Shown here: positions 45,800-47,954 of the stretch, piece after piece
Position numbering within the stretch: the stretch's first letter is position 1
Layout of the letters: every line of letters starts with the position of its first letter
NCBI GenBank assembly: GCA_003614675.1
Contig: ML002209.1
Location: forward strand, 62,001 to 109,954
Reading direction: 5' to 3'
Origin: Dimargaris cristalligena
Lineage: Eukaryota
Length of the DNA stretch: 47,954 nt
Notes under the pieces: model-generated
Database searches by the model: none
What the model was told of the DNA's origin: nothing
The model's input: only the letters and a program-made list of their open reading frames with translations
Program-made: the position numbers and the translations under genes

Positions 45800-47954
45800 A
45801 TCTGTAGCTTTTGAGGGTTTTTGAGCCATCTATCCTCTAATATGTTCCCTGTGGGTGGCAAATTATAACCAAAAGGTCGCCTGCCTTAGATTCACTTTAA
45901 ATAAAACTCTACTTTATCTGAATATTTTCTTAATGATGTAGTCACCCTTTTTACATACCATTGACCCAAGTTTTCACCAGCCCATTTGCCTATACTCTTC
46001 ATCATATAGTGGTATACCCAATATAATTGAATCCCCATGCCTTCTTATAATTCCATTAAATCATGATATTAGCCCTGTAACTTGATTTATAGCAACTTTG
46101 ACTCAAAAATGATGCTGGCAAAGTCCCCTTTTTTAGCCAGCCGGCCAAAGACAGTCTTTAAAGGTTGAATTATCTGGCAGCACACCTGACCTTGCTACAA
46201 TATGAGAATAGCTACGTGGCCAATAAAAAGGTTGATTCTAGTAGTATACTACAGGTTTCCTCACAAGTCCAGACCACCCAGCTTGGGACCTAAACAGTGG
46301 AATTACTAAGAAATGTGACAGTAGGTCTACTTTACAGGGTGTTTTTTATGTATTATATATGGTTTACTGTCAGATTAACACCATTTTTTGTAAAATTGTT
46401 AAGTTAATTCCAATAATATTGAGACTATATCTCCCCATGGTCGAACTAAAACCCACATAGTACTAATGATAGAATATGCCCTCATTAAACCCAAATACAA
46501 GGCCCAAATATGTCACAGGAATAATAAAAGTGCAGTGGGACTTGAATAACTACTCTGTGGCTATAAGTTTTACTACATGTCATAGTTTATCATTATACTC
46601 AGGTAAAAGGTACTGCGTAGAAAGTAGATTTGGTTTCATGTAATGGCTAAGCAGCTGCCTAATGGAAAATCTAGTGCAGGAAGTCAGGCTGCCTATAATG
46701 AAAAATGTGATTAGTATTATGATCCTACTACAAGTTGTTTTTTTAGCTATTCTGGTACTTTTAGCCCAAGATTGGCTACCAAATAAATATCAAGGGCAGG
46801 TGGCTAAAGTCCCATCTACAAATTGTCTGTGGTTGTTAAGAATTGGTCAAGTGAGAGGGATAAGGGATGTTGTTGGAGGATAAACTGGGCCAAAGGTCCA
46901 TTTTAGGAAATGAACCTAGGTGTTGTTGGCCCCCCTAATCTGACTTAATCCAGACCTAATGACCACCCATCCTTATTAGGCCTTATAGTGCCATATTAAC
47001 CCACCCATAGTCACCCCCAGTACTATGGGGTCCTCACTTATTATATAACCCTGCCCATTCTGACCCTAATACTTTGCACCCCAAATACTCAACTTACTGA
47101 TACAAGACTCTTCCAGTTCCCATAAGAGTCTTCCCAATGTGAAGTCACCTGGTTGGACTCTTTTACCTATCCATACCCTAGTCTTAGTTGTATTTCCCTT
47201 GGGACCTCCCTCTGGAGCTGTCCCCACATATATATAACTGGGCCCCACTCAGACTGGTTAGTTTCCTTAGCTTATTTATATCCCCTAGTTTACTCTAATA
47301 AACTCTATATACACTCACCCCCTCATCTAACTAGTAAGTATGCCCACTGCATATCCCTTGCATTCACCTGCAGTTGTCCTTTATTGGTTAGCACTACACC
47401 CCCACCCTAATGCTAGTAGCCTGCTTGGCCAAGTCTGAGCCTCGCCTACTATTAGAAGCCTATCCTTGGGACTCTTGATGGACTAAGAGTGGTTAACCCG
47501 GGTAACAGGTATCAATGTTGAATTTTATTTCCCCCCTTTCCCTAGAGTTTTCTACATAACTAGGGAAAGGAAGGGGGGTTTGAGTCTCAGGCCATTAAAA
47601 ATTCTTGAAGTTAGCTAGTTGGTGGAGAGTTTACATACCATTCATAAATTCCAAGAGTAGTACATGGATCAAGGGGCCAATACCCAAGAAGGGGGCATGC
47701 TGCATGGTGGCCACGTCCTGCCCTAACAGACATCTTTGAGTGGCCGAACAATGGTAACAGACCACTAACCCTTTATCACCACTATCCTTTCTGTTGCCAC
47801 AGTGTCACAGTATGGTGGTGTCAAGCTACTAAAATGAACAACAAAAATATATCAAAAGGGCAGGGTGGCTTCTCCAGGTGAACTGGTTTGTCACTCAAAT
47901 GAAAATATTAATAAAACCAACTTTATAAAGCTTTTAACCAAAGTAATCCAATAT
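45800..47954. mobile_element. CpG-depleted degenerate repeat block, possibly containing a ~1-kb LTR (46511-47507)
   Basis: About 9 CG dinucleotides by eye in ~2.1 kb, and none seen from ~46620 to ~47440. No long ORF. TGTCAC...GTAACA ends with an internal TATA-like TATATATAA. No TSD found. Confidence 0.45.

Overview
Eukaryotic, intron-containing fungal DNA (GT-AG introns, CTAAC/CTGAC branch points). The gene content suggests an early-diverging fungus, which is inference only. Gene models were built by hand from splice sites and frame arithmetic. Recognisable genes: a 5'-truncated TM+split-RGS protein, a three-exon LARP1 (La motif + DM15), a four-exon GRASP55/65, glycogen synthase, a Ptc2/3-type PP2C, ribosomal protein S6, V-ATPase subunit B and 2-hydroxyacyl-CoA lyase. 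Unassigned ORFs: a single-pass membrane protein with a PPxY motif, a 728-aa protein with two repeat arrays, and three other orphans. Non-genic features: two copies of a 138-bp TIR element (MITE-like) flanking the membrane-protein gene, several microsatellites, and a CpG-depleted, possibly LTR-derived block at the right end. Best leads: (1) two apparently duplicated alternative last exons of HACL1, with and without PTS1; (2) a highly structured RPS6 intron with a PTC-generating alternative acceptor; (3) a possible DM15-less LARP1 isoform; (4) the repeat protein; (5) the MITE pair. No tRNA, rRNA or CRISPR array was seen.
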